A stretch of 64,000 bases of DNA from Plasmodiophora brassicae (lineage: Eukaryota). A program made the translations under genes and the position numbers. The notes under the pieces were generated by a model. The model ran no database searches and had not been told where the DNA came from. It was given only the letters and a program-made list of their open reading frames with translations. The stretch spans positions 806,001 to 870,000 of the forward strand of contig CP145410.1 in NCBI GenBank assembly GCA_036867785.1, given 5' to 3'. Below, piece after piece: positions 1-11,016 of the stretch (its first letter is position 1; every line of letters starts with the position of its first letter).

Positions 1-352
1 CGGTCTAGCCAACATCCACATGGTGATCTTGCTGGGCCTGACAGTCTCGCTTGGCACCGCGCTTACTCTGTAGGAACGTTTGATGATGGCAATTCCGGGT
101 CGGTACTCAGCTCGGCGCACGCCAATGCAGGTTTCAGGTCGAATTACACAAGCAGGCAGCAGTGTCGAGCAATACAAAACGGGAATGAACTTACTCGGCA
201 GATGATTCTCAGGGTGGGCGCGCGCGGGTCGGGATTCCGCGCACTGTGACCGTCGGTGGCGCAACCGCCATCGTCGTGTTGACGAGTGAACCGGATCGGT
301 CCAAGCGGGTACGAGTTGGCGCCACTTTGCCCTGATCGCGCGCACGTCCAGC

Positions 353-2093
353 ATGCTGCGCACCGTGCTTGGTACGAGCGCCATCGCGGGTGGTATCGGC
401 ACCGGGTTGTTTGCACATTACTACGAGCACGACGTTTGCAGACCGCCCGATCTGTACTATCACAAGGCAGGTCCAACCCGCACACCGAATCTTCAGTGAT
501 TAGTAACACGCACGTCCCCACCTAAAGGACTCGCTGAACGTCAATCTCGTTCGGAAGTGCCCTTCGCTAACGAGCAAATACGAGCCGACATTCTGGATGT
601 TCGGGGCGCACCTTCAAACGAGTATATTCATGGCAGGCAGTATGCTCAGGCGTGGGTGCAGTGACATCCGTCTCTTTCAGTCCTGGGGGCGTTCTTTCGC
701 GCACGGCCGGCCGTGAATCTCCAGCGCGACATTGTCGAGTGCCGCGACGGCGGTCATCTGTCGCTGACCTGGGAGGCGGACTCATATATGGCGTCGAGGG
801 ACGACACGCCGATCTTGCTCATTCTTCCCGGTCTGACGGGGTCGTCACGGTCGAAGTACATTTGCCAGCTTATGAAAGATGCTTCCAAGCAGGACCTGCG
901 TCCCGTCGTCCTTGGGTACCGCGGCTTCGACGTGAATCTGAGGGTAGGCGCAAGCTGTACGCCCGCCCCTCATGTGGTACCACTACTGAACCGTTGGTAC
1001 AGACACCAATGGTCACGACCTGCGCAACCGTTGGCGATGTCGAAGACTCGCTGATGTTTCTTCGTAAGAAGCACCCAGACGCACCGATCTATGCGATAGG
1101 CTTTTCTATGGGTGCTAATATGCTAGTCAAGTAACGGTTCGGCGCCGGAATCTACGTTCGGTTTGGTCACACGTGATACGCCAGGTATCTCGGCAGCTCG
1201 CACCGAGAGGGACGACCTCAGATCGTTTCTGGCGCTGTGGCGGTGTCGAATCCGTTCGACTTCGTCAAGCTATCCATCAAGTACCGCCCGAAAGTGTCAT
1301 TAGCAACCATTCAGCTTGGCTTACGGGTGTTGATTGCAGGCTGAGGGAATTCTCCAATGAGTGGCTCTATAGCAGACCTCTGTGCATGCGCGTGAAGTGG
1401 TTCATCAATCAGCACCAAGAGTAAGCGACTTCTTGGTGGGTAGCTGAGCTTCGTTGACTTTAGGTTGTACAGGAATGCCCAAATCCTTGCTGAGCGTGTT
1501 CACCCAACAGCCTTTGCGGTATCCGAGTACGCCTGAATGCGAAACGGTTACGTGCTGAACAGAACAAGTCAGGCAGCGACAATATATGAGCTTGACGATC
1601 GGCTGTCGAGGCATCTGTACGGGATAGCAACTGTCGAAGAGTACTACATGCTGTCGTCAGTATGCGTCGTCCTGATGACCGCATTTCATTGCAAATGACT
1701 GATCGCGACCGTATCCAGAGCCTTCACTTTCTCGAGGATGTTGACTGTCCACTCCTGCTGCTGAACGCTCGCGACGATCCGTTTCTGGGAGGGTACTTGG
1801 GTTTGGTCGGATCATGCGACTGCCGCTTCGAGTGACTGGTTGCAGCGAAATACCTTACGAGATGTGTCAACGAAATCCAAATTTGATGCTAGCGGTAACT
1901 GAACGCGGTGGCCATGTTGCATGGACCACGGGCGTCTTACCGCGCTCGTGGATGCTGGAGACCACCCTGCAATGTCGGTCCTGGCATTCCGCCGAACTGA
2001 AAACGTCTGACAGATGGTATAGACCTCAGTGCACTTCGATGCTTGCACATGGTTGACCGAAGGCACGACGAGCAGGAAGCTCGCGGCCATTAA
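353..2093 (+). CDS. ABHD1/2/3 (YheT-like) alpha/beta-hydrolase, multi-exon
   Basis: Spliced reading: MLRTVLGTSAIAGG...CPSLTSKYEPTFWMFGAHLQT...DGGHLSLTW...LILPGLTGSS...IYAIGFSMGANML (GxSxG nucleophile), LNARDDPF (acid), TERGGHVAW (His); stop TAA 2091-2093. Confidence 0.85.
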
Positions 2094-2116
2094 ATTTTTA
2101 ATATCTCGATACGATT

Positions 2117-2966
2117 AATTAGAGCACGCTCCATATATGCGCCCGTACGGCATCCGTACGGTGTCTATGATCAGTACATTATGAGGTTGCATTGACGTGT
2201 TGCCCATGATGTGCTCCGGTAGGGCACATCGTCAGGCGTGTTCTAGTTGGTTATGGGTACAGCTCCTCGGCCATGGATTGCACAGTATGATTGGGCGGAA
2301 GAGCGTGGCCAGATCCAGACGCGAGCCATCTGCCCGGTGCCCCCCATCGCGGCGCTACATACATGCAACTCCGAGGCTTCTCATTGTCGCCCTCGATCAG
2401 CACACCACATCGCCGGGTGAAGATGCCCGTGAGCACGCGCTCGCTGTCGCACATGGACATTGCCGGTGCGTCTGCCCGAGCGGCGAATGTCTTGCGCAAC
2501 ATCCTGCGTGACCGGTCGCTCATGAGGCACCTGAGCGAAGAAGATCTGCGTGACCGCGCCATCGCCGCTGCCAAGGATGTCCTGCAGCAGCGGCTCGCGT
2601 CTGGATCTGGCCACGCTCTTCCGCCCAACCATACTGTGCAATCCATGGCCGAGGAGCTGTACCACATTACGACCGAGAGTATGTCGGTCGATACAACGGA
2701 CTCGCCGTCGTCGTATCGCTCGACGCCATCGTCGACGCCACCGCCGCCGCCGTCGTATCCGTCGACGCCATCTTCGACACCATCCCCACCACCACCGGCT
2801 GAATAAACCCGCACACACAAACTAGAACACGCCTGAAGATGTGCCCTACCGGAGCACATCATGGGCAACACGTCAATGCAACCTCATAATGTACTGATCA
2901 TAGACACCGTACGGATGCCGTACGCCGAACAGGCGGCATGGCGCATATATGGAGCGTGCTCTAATT
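2117..2966. mobile_element. Non-autonomous fold-back/MITE-like element with long terminal inverted repeats
   Basis: 2117-2143 pairs with 2940-2966, 2144-2248 with 2820-2924 (1 mismatch) and 2256-2327 with 2592-2663 (1 mismatch); CGATT direct repeat at 2112-2116 and 2967-2971; no transposase motif seen. Confidence 0.65.
2363..2806 (+). CDS. Orphan ORF inside the fold-back element, with Pro/Ser/Thr-rich tail
   Basis: Open frame M(QLRG...)MPVSTRSLSH...PSSTPPPPP; AATAAA overlaps the end of the ORF; start could be 2363 or 2423. Confidence 0.45.
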   Translation: MQLRGFSLSPSISTPHRRVKMPVSTRSLSHMDIAGASARAANVLRNILRDRSLMRHLSEEDLRDRAIAAAKDVLQQRLASGSGHALPPNHTVQSMAEELYHITTESMSVDTTDSPSSYRSTPSSTPPPPPSYPSTPSSTPSPPPPAE

Positions 2967-3304
2967 CGATTGATGAGTGGGGACGTGTCTGTTTCATGTG
3001 CCGGATCGTTGCCGCCGGGTATCGATCCAGATATCTGCTAAACAGAATCGCTCCTGAAATTGTACGTTCGTTGGGGGGTATCCGGCGTCGCCGTGTCGAG
3101 GAGGTTGTACCAGTGTGGTGTCTTAAGGCGGTGTTCAACGCGCGCGCGTTATTGCACAGCCCGGCAACGCCAGGAATCTTGCAGGAGTCACGATCTCGAA
3201 CCTCGAGCGACGCGTGTGCCCCTGTGCGCGTGTCTGATAGGTGCCTAGCGATTCCCGCTGTCCACATCGATCGAAGGCGAGAACGAAGAGGACACCCGAA
3301 CACC

Positions 3305-4818
3305 ATGTTGTCGATGCTGGGATCGGTCATCAACAGCGGCACAGGGAACGATGCGGGTGAGTTCTCTCCCGAAACCAACGTCGCCGAGATCATACCAGGT
3401 GCGCTGCTCGCATAGCGAGCCAGGCGACGGCCACATGCTGAATCTCATCCGTTGTAGGGCGGCTCGTGTTCATGTGCTGCCCGGGGACCTCAGGGCCGCC
3501 ACCGGCACACTCCAAGAATGCTATTCTGTTCACGGTCGACCGCGTCCTGAACTACGAGCCGTTCTTCGCCGACTTCGGTCCCCTGAATCTTGGCCAGCTC
3601 TACAGGTTCTGCCAGATCGTCGAGTCCAAGCTCCAGCAGGCCAGCAACGTCAACCGGAAGGTGATCATGTACACGGCCAGGGGGCCGCAGAAGAAGGCCA
3701 ACGCCGGGTACTTGGTTTGCGCCTACCAGGTCCTGATCCTGAAACGAACGCCCGAGGAGGCATGGGCCCGGATCGCACACATCAGCCCTGGGTTCATTCC
3801 GTTCCGGGACGCGTCCATGCAGGCCTGCCTGTATAAGTTGACGATTCTGCACTGCCTGCAGGCGCTCGCCGCCGCCGTTCGCCTAAAGTTCTTCAACGTC
3901 GACACGTTCGATGTGTCCCAATACGAATTCTACGAGCGCATCGAGAACGGCGATCTGAACGTCATCGTGCCGAAGAAGTTCGTGCACTTCAGCGGGCCGT
4001 CGAACACGAACCGCGACGCCGACGGGTACCCTGCGAAGACCCCCAACGACTACATAGACACGTTCAAGAAGCTAGGGGTCACTGACATCATACGGCTGAA
4101 CAAGAAATGCTACGACAAGAACAAATTCACGAAGCATGGTTGGTCGACGGGTTGTCCGGTTGCGGTGGGAGCAGGGCACTGATCCCTGGTATGCGACAGG
4201 GTTTCAGCACCACGAAATGTACTTCATCGACGGGACAACGCCAAGCCTGGCGCTGCTCGAGAGGTTCATGAACGTGTGCGAGCACGCAAAGGGCATGGTG
4301 GCCGTGCACTGCAAGGCCGGCCTGGGAAGAACGGGAACCTGCGTCGGGTGCTACCTGATGAAGTTCTACCGGATGACAGCCGCAGAGGTGATTGCATGGC
4401 TACGAATTTGCCGACCGGGGAGTGTCCTTGGACCCCAACAGCAATTCCTGGAAGACATGCAGGCACTCATGTGGCGAGAGAACGACAAGCTGCGAAAGAC
4501 ATCGCAGGCGGCGGCCGAGAAGAAGACGGCGATCCCATACGCTATCGAGAAACAGCTTGCCAATGTAAGCCAGGCTCTGGGCCGTGAGTCGGCCACAACT
4601 GATGCGTCACCTGGCAGGTGTCCTTCGCCGAAGAGATCGCTACGTCCGGGTCTGCCAGCAGGAAAGGCGACGAAGTCGTGATCGAGAGCCAGGGCAACAA
4701 GCTGATCCACCAGAAGTTCGACGCGCAGCACCGGAAGTCGGTCACCGAGAAAGACATCGATATGGACAGCGAGATCTCGTTTGAGAATCTGCCACGAGCG
4801 CTGTCCCACTCACGGTGA
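3305..4818 (+). CDS. CDC14: Cdc14 dual-specificity phosphatase
   Basis: [53 protein letters not shown]; three introns inferred; an unspliced last intron would give a stop at 4681. Confidence 0.95.
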
Positions 4819-4965
4819 TGGCCCCATTCGCCCCCGGGAGCGCACGATGCGATCTGAACGCCTGGAAATCCCTCTAGCAGACATACACGCATCACTTTCG
4901 ATAGCCACGCTCCCCACCGCTATATTGTCAAACAGCGTCGCCGGAAATCGAATAGCACAGCGTCG

Positions 4966-6759
4966 TCATGAGGACTTTGTCGGAGCGAAACGGGTAAACC
5001 CCTCCGCCCTGAAGTCAACAGCATGAACGCGTAGAGCATGTTCGTATGCGGCTGGCAGGTGATCCAGAATCCCGGGTAGGCAGATGAGGGCGGCGCGCAA
5101 CGTCATCCGCAGGAATGATTCCCCATGCAGCGGGCTGGTCGCCAGTTTGATGGCCCCGAATATGAACGCGTGCCTATCCTCGTTTTCGCGACAGTCCTGG
5201 ATATCCTCCGGATCGGCGACAATACGATTGAACGAGGTGATGAAGCGCTCGCTGATATGGTGCTTGAAACCGAGCCCGCACGGCACCTTCGGGACAAGGT
5301 CCTGTGGTCGCCTGAACCTTAGTTTTGGTCGACAGATCGACGACTCGGTCCAACGTACGTTACCGAACACAAACCGCAGAGCAATCAACGGGTCCCCGTA
5401 CACCTGCTCGAAACGGGCCCGGTAGGCCGAGTTACCCGTGCGCGGTTGCCCAAACGTGAAGATGCCTTTGATGCGACGTTGAAGGTCAGGGTAACGGGTA
5501 GCTGTCTGTGCGAACACGGATGCCAGCGCGCCTCCAGAGCTGTGCCCAGTCAGGAAGATGCTTTTAGACGCGTTCCCAGGGCCATTAACAATAGAGACGA
5601 TCTGGTCAAACAGGCAGTTTTCACGCGGTTCAAACAAGGCGTTGTAGAATTCAGCGTGTACGCCTCCAATGTCAGAGAAAGTGTTCATGACCGAGCATGC
5701 GTCGGATCTCCAGCTCACAAGGTCGAGCGCGTCGGCCCCGACGAACGCAATCATAATGGAGTTGCTGTTGCTGCAGACATAACCGGCAACATCTGGCCGG
5801 AACTTCAGCGTCCCCAGCTGTTCCTCATCGTAGTGGGCGTCGGTGCCAGCGTACCGGTTGCACGCGAACCCATCAAAGCGTAAACCCCACCGGGATGCGA
5901 TAACGTCTTTGATGACTAGTGGATGCTCGTATGCCAGCTTGGCAAACTGGCTCATGAAGTGCGCGTTGAATGGGTGATCAATCGGTGACGATCCCGACTC
6001 ACGATCCATAATAATCGGAAAGCGCGGCGACTGGATATCATACTACGGGACGATTGCCCATCAGCACCCATGCATGACCCCAAACAGCAGATATATTGCA
6101 TACCTCTTTCGGGACGTCAAACTCGGGCGCGATAACGTTCACGATTGAGTAGACACATGAGACGTCGGAGTCAGTTGTGTAGAAACCACTGAACATCTTG
6201 GACAGAAGCCATTCAATGCGCCTCATCAGTCCTACTTGCTATTGGTGACACTAGGTAACACCAATCCACGTGGTAGTACCTTTGACGACGATGGCAATGC
6301 CCAGCTTCTGGCAAACCGTAAGGACAACATTGTAGATTGTGACCTGGTACACGAACGCGAGCGAAATATTATATGCACTTATAATTCGGGACCACACCAG
6401 CTTGACGTCTTCGTTGTAGTCGGCCTCGATCAACTCGAGGCAACCATTTACCAGCGTACGTAACCATCCATGAGACGCAAGTATGTATTCGTCTGGCGAG
6501 AAATGCCATCAAACATCCGGTGCGACCGAACCGTATGCCACCCCTACCGCTCTCATCCCAGGCAAAGCGGAACGGCAAGCACACAAGTTCGACGACAGCA
6601 AGGTATGGCCAGAGCAGCACCTACGGTCTCCCCACGTCAACATACACAAGCACATTTCCCCACGCTGAGCGAACGCACCCTGACGACGACCTTGAGGACA
6701 TTCGGCCACACCTCTTCCTCAGCATACGCCTGGCACTGCTGCTCACCAGCGTGGGACAT
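4966..6759 (-). CDS. Class 3 (fungal/plant-type) triacylglycerol lipase with N-terminal hydrophobic region
   Basis: FLTGHSSGGALA, GGVHAEFY, FTFGQPRTGN, DLVPKVP, DHLPAAY; upstream exons inferred and start uncertain. Confidence 0.8.
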
Positions 6760-7082
6760 GCTAGACCGATTTCGAGGGCAGCGTTTTATACCGGCTCTGC
6801 CGTTTCGAAGGTGTTGCAAACGCGATCGAAAGCTATAAATCGCGCGGAAGCGGGTCGAGACGCCGACGCGGGCAGTCAAACCCAACGACGCCGGCTTTCT
6901 TGGGCCTACGGCAATGTTTTGTGGGACCGCCGGTTTCAATTTTCATCCCCAAAAACCGGCCGCTCCGCCTCGCGACTCTTCGTGAGCGTGTTCCACACAG
7001 CAGTTGCTCCGGCGCGGTAACGTCGGCCGAAACAGCCGGACCGGCGTTATTAATAGTCTGGTTCGGTTCATGCACGAAGCAG

Positions 7083-7640
7083 ATGCAGAGCTGGCTTGCG
7101 CTGTGTACGACGGTTCTGCTGGCATGGTCGTGCTCCGGCGCTTGTAATTGCACGCTGGATGTCGCTCAAGTGTGCGGGTCCGACGGGGTCACGTACAGGA
7201 ACAGCTGCCTGGCGCTGTGTTCCGGAGCGGCTGTGGCGAAAGCGGGACCCTGTTCGTGCACTTGCCAACCATCGTCGCCCTCCGACACAGTCTGCGGTAC
7301 GGACGGTCGTGCACACAAGAGCGCCTGTGAGGCGGAATGCAACTCTGTCAAGGTTGCATATACGGGCTCTTGCATCCAGCCGTGCTCGTCATCGGACGCG
7401 GCGACGACATCGATGCCGGTATGTGGAAACGACGGACAGACGTACCCGAACCCATGCGAAGCGCGCAACAAAGGCATCCTCATCAGCAGCCAAGGTGCAT
7501 GCAGCGGCCAGCCCGTTAAATGCGACTGCCCCGACCAAGTCGCTCCTGTATGTGCCTCGGATGGCAGCACGTATTCCAGCAGCTGCAAAGCGAAGTGTAC
7601 CGGCGTGTCCATTGTACACCTGGGCGCTTGTACGAACTAA
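7083..7640 (+). CDS. Secreted four-domain Kazal-type serine protease inhibitor
   Basis: Signal peptide MQSWLALCTTVLLAWSCSG; four repeats VCGSDGVTY / VCGTDGRAH / VCGNDGQTY / VCASDGSTY. Confidence 0.92.
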   Translation: MQSWLALCTTVLLAWSCSGACNCTLDVAQVCGSDGVTYRNSCLALCSGAAVAKAGPCSCTCQPSSPSDTVCGTDGRAHKSACEAECNSVKVAYTGSCIQPCSSSDAATTSMPVCGNDGQTYPNPCEARNKGILISSQGACSGQPVKCDCPDQVAPVCASDGSTYSSSCKAKCTGVSIVHLGACTN

Positions 7641-7857
7641 CTCCTGATCATGTGCTTCCTAAGAATCGAACTGTAACGGTCAAGACAGCATCGGTTTCTT
7701 GATAAACAAGCGTTTGCTGCTGTAGGTAGTGGCAAGCAGAAACAAGAGGCGCAACCGGTTGTGTCAGTAAGTACTCAGTAGAACTAGCCGCGCCTGTGGC
7801 TGTGGCCGCAGCGGTGCGCATTGCGTCTGCGCAGTTCAATGCTGTTGTTGCCTGGCA

Positions 7858-10800
7858 ATGGCGGCAGTCAGTGAAATCATCGACCTGTGCGGTTCGGATG
7901 ACGAGAAGGCTGCCGAAGCGCCTGAGCAAGTACAAGAGCATGCCAATCCGCCATGGGTCCTGCTGGGATCGGTGAAGCGCGCGCACTTGCTGTGGATGCA
8001 AAGCGCGATGCTGACAGCGAATGGGCAGATGAAGTCGCATGTCACCGTTCTAACGAACAATGTACAAACTCTGTTGGAGCGAGGGCCTGATGTAATCATC
8101 AAGCAGGACCCGTTCAAAGCCGACTTCGCGATTGCGGTGTACGGCAGTCCTGAGGGGTTGCCCGTGGGCTACTTGACCCAGAACGTATGCGCGGCGTTTG
8201 AATCCCTGGTGACCGGTAATATGGTGTCTTTGTCGGCCACTATATCCGAACGTGCTGTCAAACGTCAGCGCCCTGTTCGCGATCATCCAGAGCTATGCTC
8301 GGTCGCGCTTGCAATTACGATTTCAGTACGACCTGCTTTGATGCCTGGAGTCTTCCGGAGGCTTCAGGATTCTGGCCTTCCTGTCATGTATGAGCCCGGC
8401 GCTTACGAACATGCGTCACAACTTACGGCTCGAAAGACGGTCCCGTCGCCAGGTCCGCCAAGCAAGGCTAAGAGCGGCCTGCTGCAGCTGTTCGATGCAG
8501 CCCTGGAGTCTGTCGACAAAGAGGCGGAGCAAATGGAACCATCTTGCTTGATAACGACTCCGATGTATGGATATCAGAAAGCCGGTCTAAGCTGGATGGC
8601 GCGGAGGGAGAAGTCAGACGGGAATTCCGGTCTCCAGAACGTCCTCTGGACCAAGCTTAAAACTGCGAACGGGGACATCTATCACAACGTCCTAACTGAC
8701 GAAACAAGGACCAATGTGCCAACTGGGTTCAAAGGCGGCATACTGGCCGATGAAATGGGCCTAGGGAAATCCCTACAGATAATCGCTTTGATCGTCTCGA
8801 ACTCGTCACAAGGTGACGGCGCCAGTACCGGGCCTTGTTCTCTTGGGTCGACCCTCATTGTGTGCCCTGTCTCTGTTGTCTCCAACTGGACGAACCAGAT
8901 CGAGCGGCATATATCACCTGATGCGGGTGTCCGTACAGTCTTGTATCATGGTCCACATCGTTCAACGCTGAATCTCGGTAAGCGACATTCTGTTAGCACC
9001 CTTGCGTCTGACGGATGAGCGAACTTTCGCTTAGACGATGTCGACATTGTTATCACGACGTACGGAACCCTGACCACCGACTATCGGTCAGTGAGCCCAG
9101 ACAAAGAGGACTCGACACCCCCAGCACTCTTCAGGAAGTCGTGGCTTAGGGTTGTACTTGATGAGGTCCGGTGTGTGTCCCGGCGTGACGAATAGCGGAA
9201 ATGTAACTCTGTCTCTCTGTAGGCGCACGTCATCCGCTCTCGACGTAGCCAACAATACTCTGCTGCTCTGGCTCTACAGGCGGACCGGCGTTGGTGTCTG
9301 ACAGGAACTCCTATCCAGAACCAACTTGACGACCTGTACTCTCTTCTGGCATTTCTTCGAGCTGAGCCATTGGACGGATATGCATCTTGGTCAACGATTG
9401 TTCTGAATCCTTTCAAGTCTGGCCGGCCAGATGCTGTGCGGCGCGTCCAGGTATGCTCTCGCGACAGCAATTCTCTAGTTGCTGTATAACCCGCTGCTAG
9501 TCGATTATTCGGGCTCTGTGCCTGCGTCGAATGAAGCAAGTGGAGTCATCTGACATTGTATTACCGAAGAAGACGGTGAGAGTCCTGAAAGTCCAAATGT
9601 CGAAAGAAGAACGCAAGCTCTACAGCATACTTCTGCAAACCGGAAGGGTCGGTGCTCGTGCGGTTTGTACTTTGGGCCGGGTTGACGCTGCTGTACAGGA
9701 GCAACTTGGGCGAATGCTGAAATCTGGAATTCTACGCGGAAACTATGCCAACGTCCTTGAAATTCTGCTTCGAATGCGAATGTGTTGCGATCATCCGGTA
9801 TGCTGACGCGGCTCGTGATGTTTATGCATATATTGCTGGCTAAACTCACGGCCAGTGCCTGGTGCCGTCACATATGTTCGATGGCGATCTGCCAAAGTCA
9901 ACGCAAACTGCAGATAAACATCGAAGCCCGGTTCAGGTCAGGAACAATTTGCCGGTGGCCAGATCACCGTCTTATTAGCTATCAGGTCCTGCTTGACGTG
10001 CTCAGGGAATCCGGTGACGAAGATTGTTGCTACTGTCTGTCATCCGTTGTGTCACCGTCCATTACACCATGCGCGCATCTGTTCTGCCGGGTCTGTATCA
10101 CTGAGTTCGTCGAACAGCACGGGTCGTGTCCCGTGTGCAACGTCAAGATAGGTAACCCAGTGGCGTCCTTCTTGCAAAGCCTCTATCAATGTTACGGACT
10201 GTAGATCTGGGCGCTGTTGTCGATGCCAACGCGATACAGAACGAGGACAGTAAACAGCAAGCTCAGGCTCCAGCAGTTGTCAAGGAACCGGCGCTGTCTG
10301 CCGACTACGTTTCTTGTAAGGTCCGACGACTGCTGTCTATGTTAAATAGGTTTGTATCGGGAAGCGTTTTCCGTACTGGCCGCTCTGGCATCTGATGAAA
10401 TTGTATAGATTTCGTCGTGAAGATTCGTCCATCAAATCTGTGATTTTCTCCCAGTGGGTCTCCATGCTCGACCTCGTTGTCAAACCTGCACTGGAACGTG
10501 AGGGATTTTCCTTTGTTTCGCTCGACGGGAAGATGTCCCGGCAACAACGGGACGAGTCGATCCGTTCGTTTCAAGCAGACCCATCCATTTCGGTTTTCGT
10601 CGTATCCCTACAGGCAGGTAATCTTGGCATCACATTGACAGCCGCCTGTAAAATCTTCATCCTTGATGTGTGGTTTAATCCGGTACGTCGTCTGTACAAT
10701 AATTGCCCTCCTGATGTAAACATGGACTACGTGTCAGGGTGTTGAAGATCAAGCCATCGATCGCATCCACCGCGTCGGGCAGACACGTCCTGTTGACGTA

Positions 10801-10941
10801 TACCGCCTCGTTGTTCAGGGTTCCGTTGAAGAAAGAATACTTCGGCTGCAGGACAGAAAGAAGGAGATCATGTCTCAGGCTATCAGCGTAAAACGAACAG
10901 AGAAGGACGTAGCCGAGGAACTGCGGGAGTTACTCAGTTAG
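7858..10941 (+). CDS. Rad5/HLTF-like SNF2 helicase with RING finger (HIRAN-like N-terminus)
   Basis: [46 protein letters not shown] CxxC...PCAHLFCxxC...[27 protein letters not shown]. Confidence 0.92.
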
Positions 10942-11016
10942 TGGTCTGGACACAACCCAGTTTCGTACATTTGCATGTATATAAATACAGATTAGGTAGT
11001 CCAGATTGCAGGTCCT

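Noticed and set aside
1-73. Hydrophobic reading GLANIHMVILLGLTVSLGTALTL* at the window start
   Set aside because: Probably the end of an upstream gene, but too short to identify
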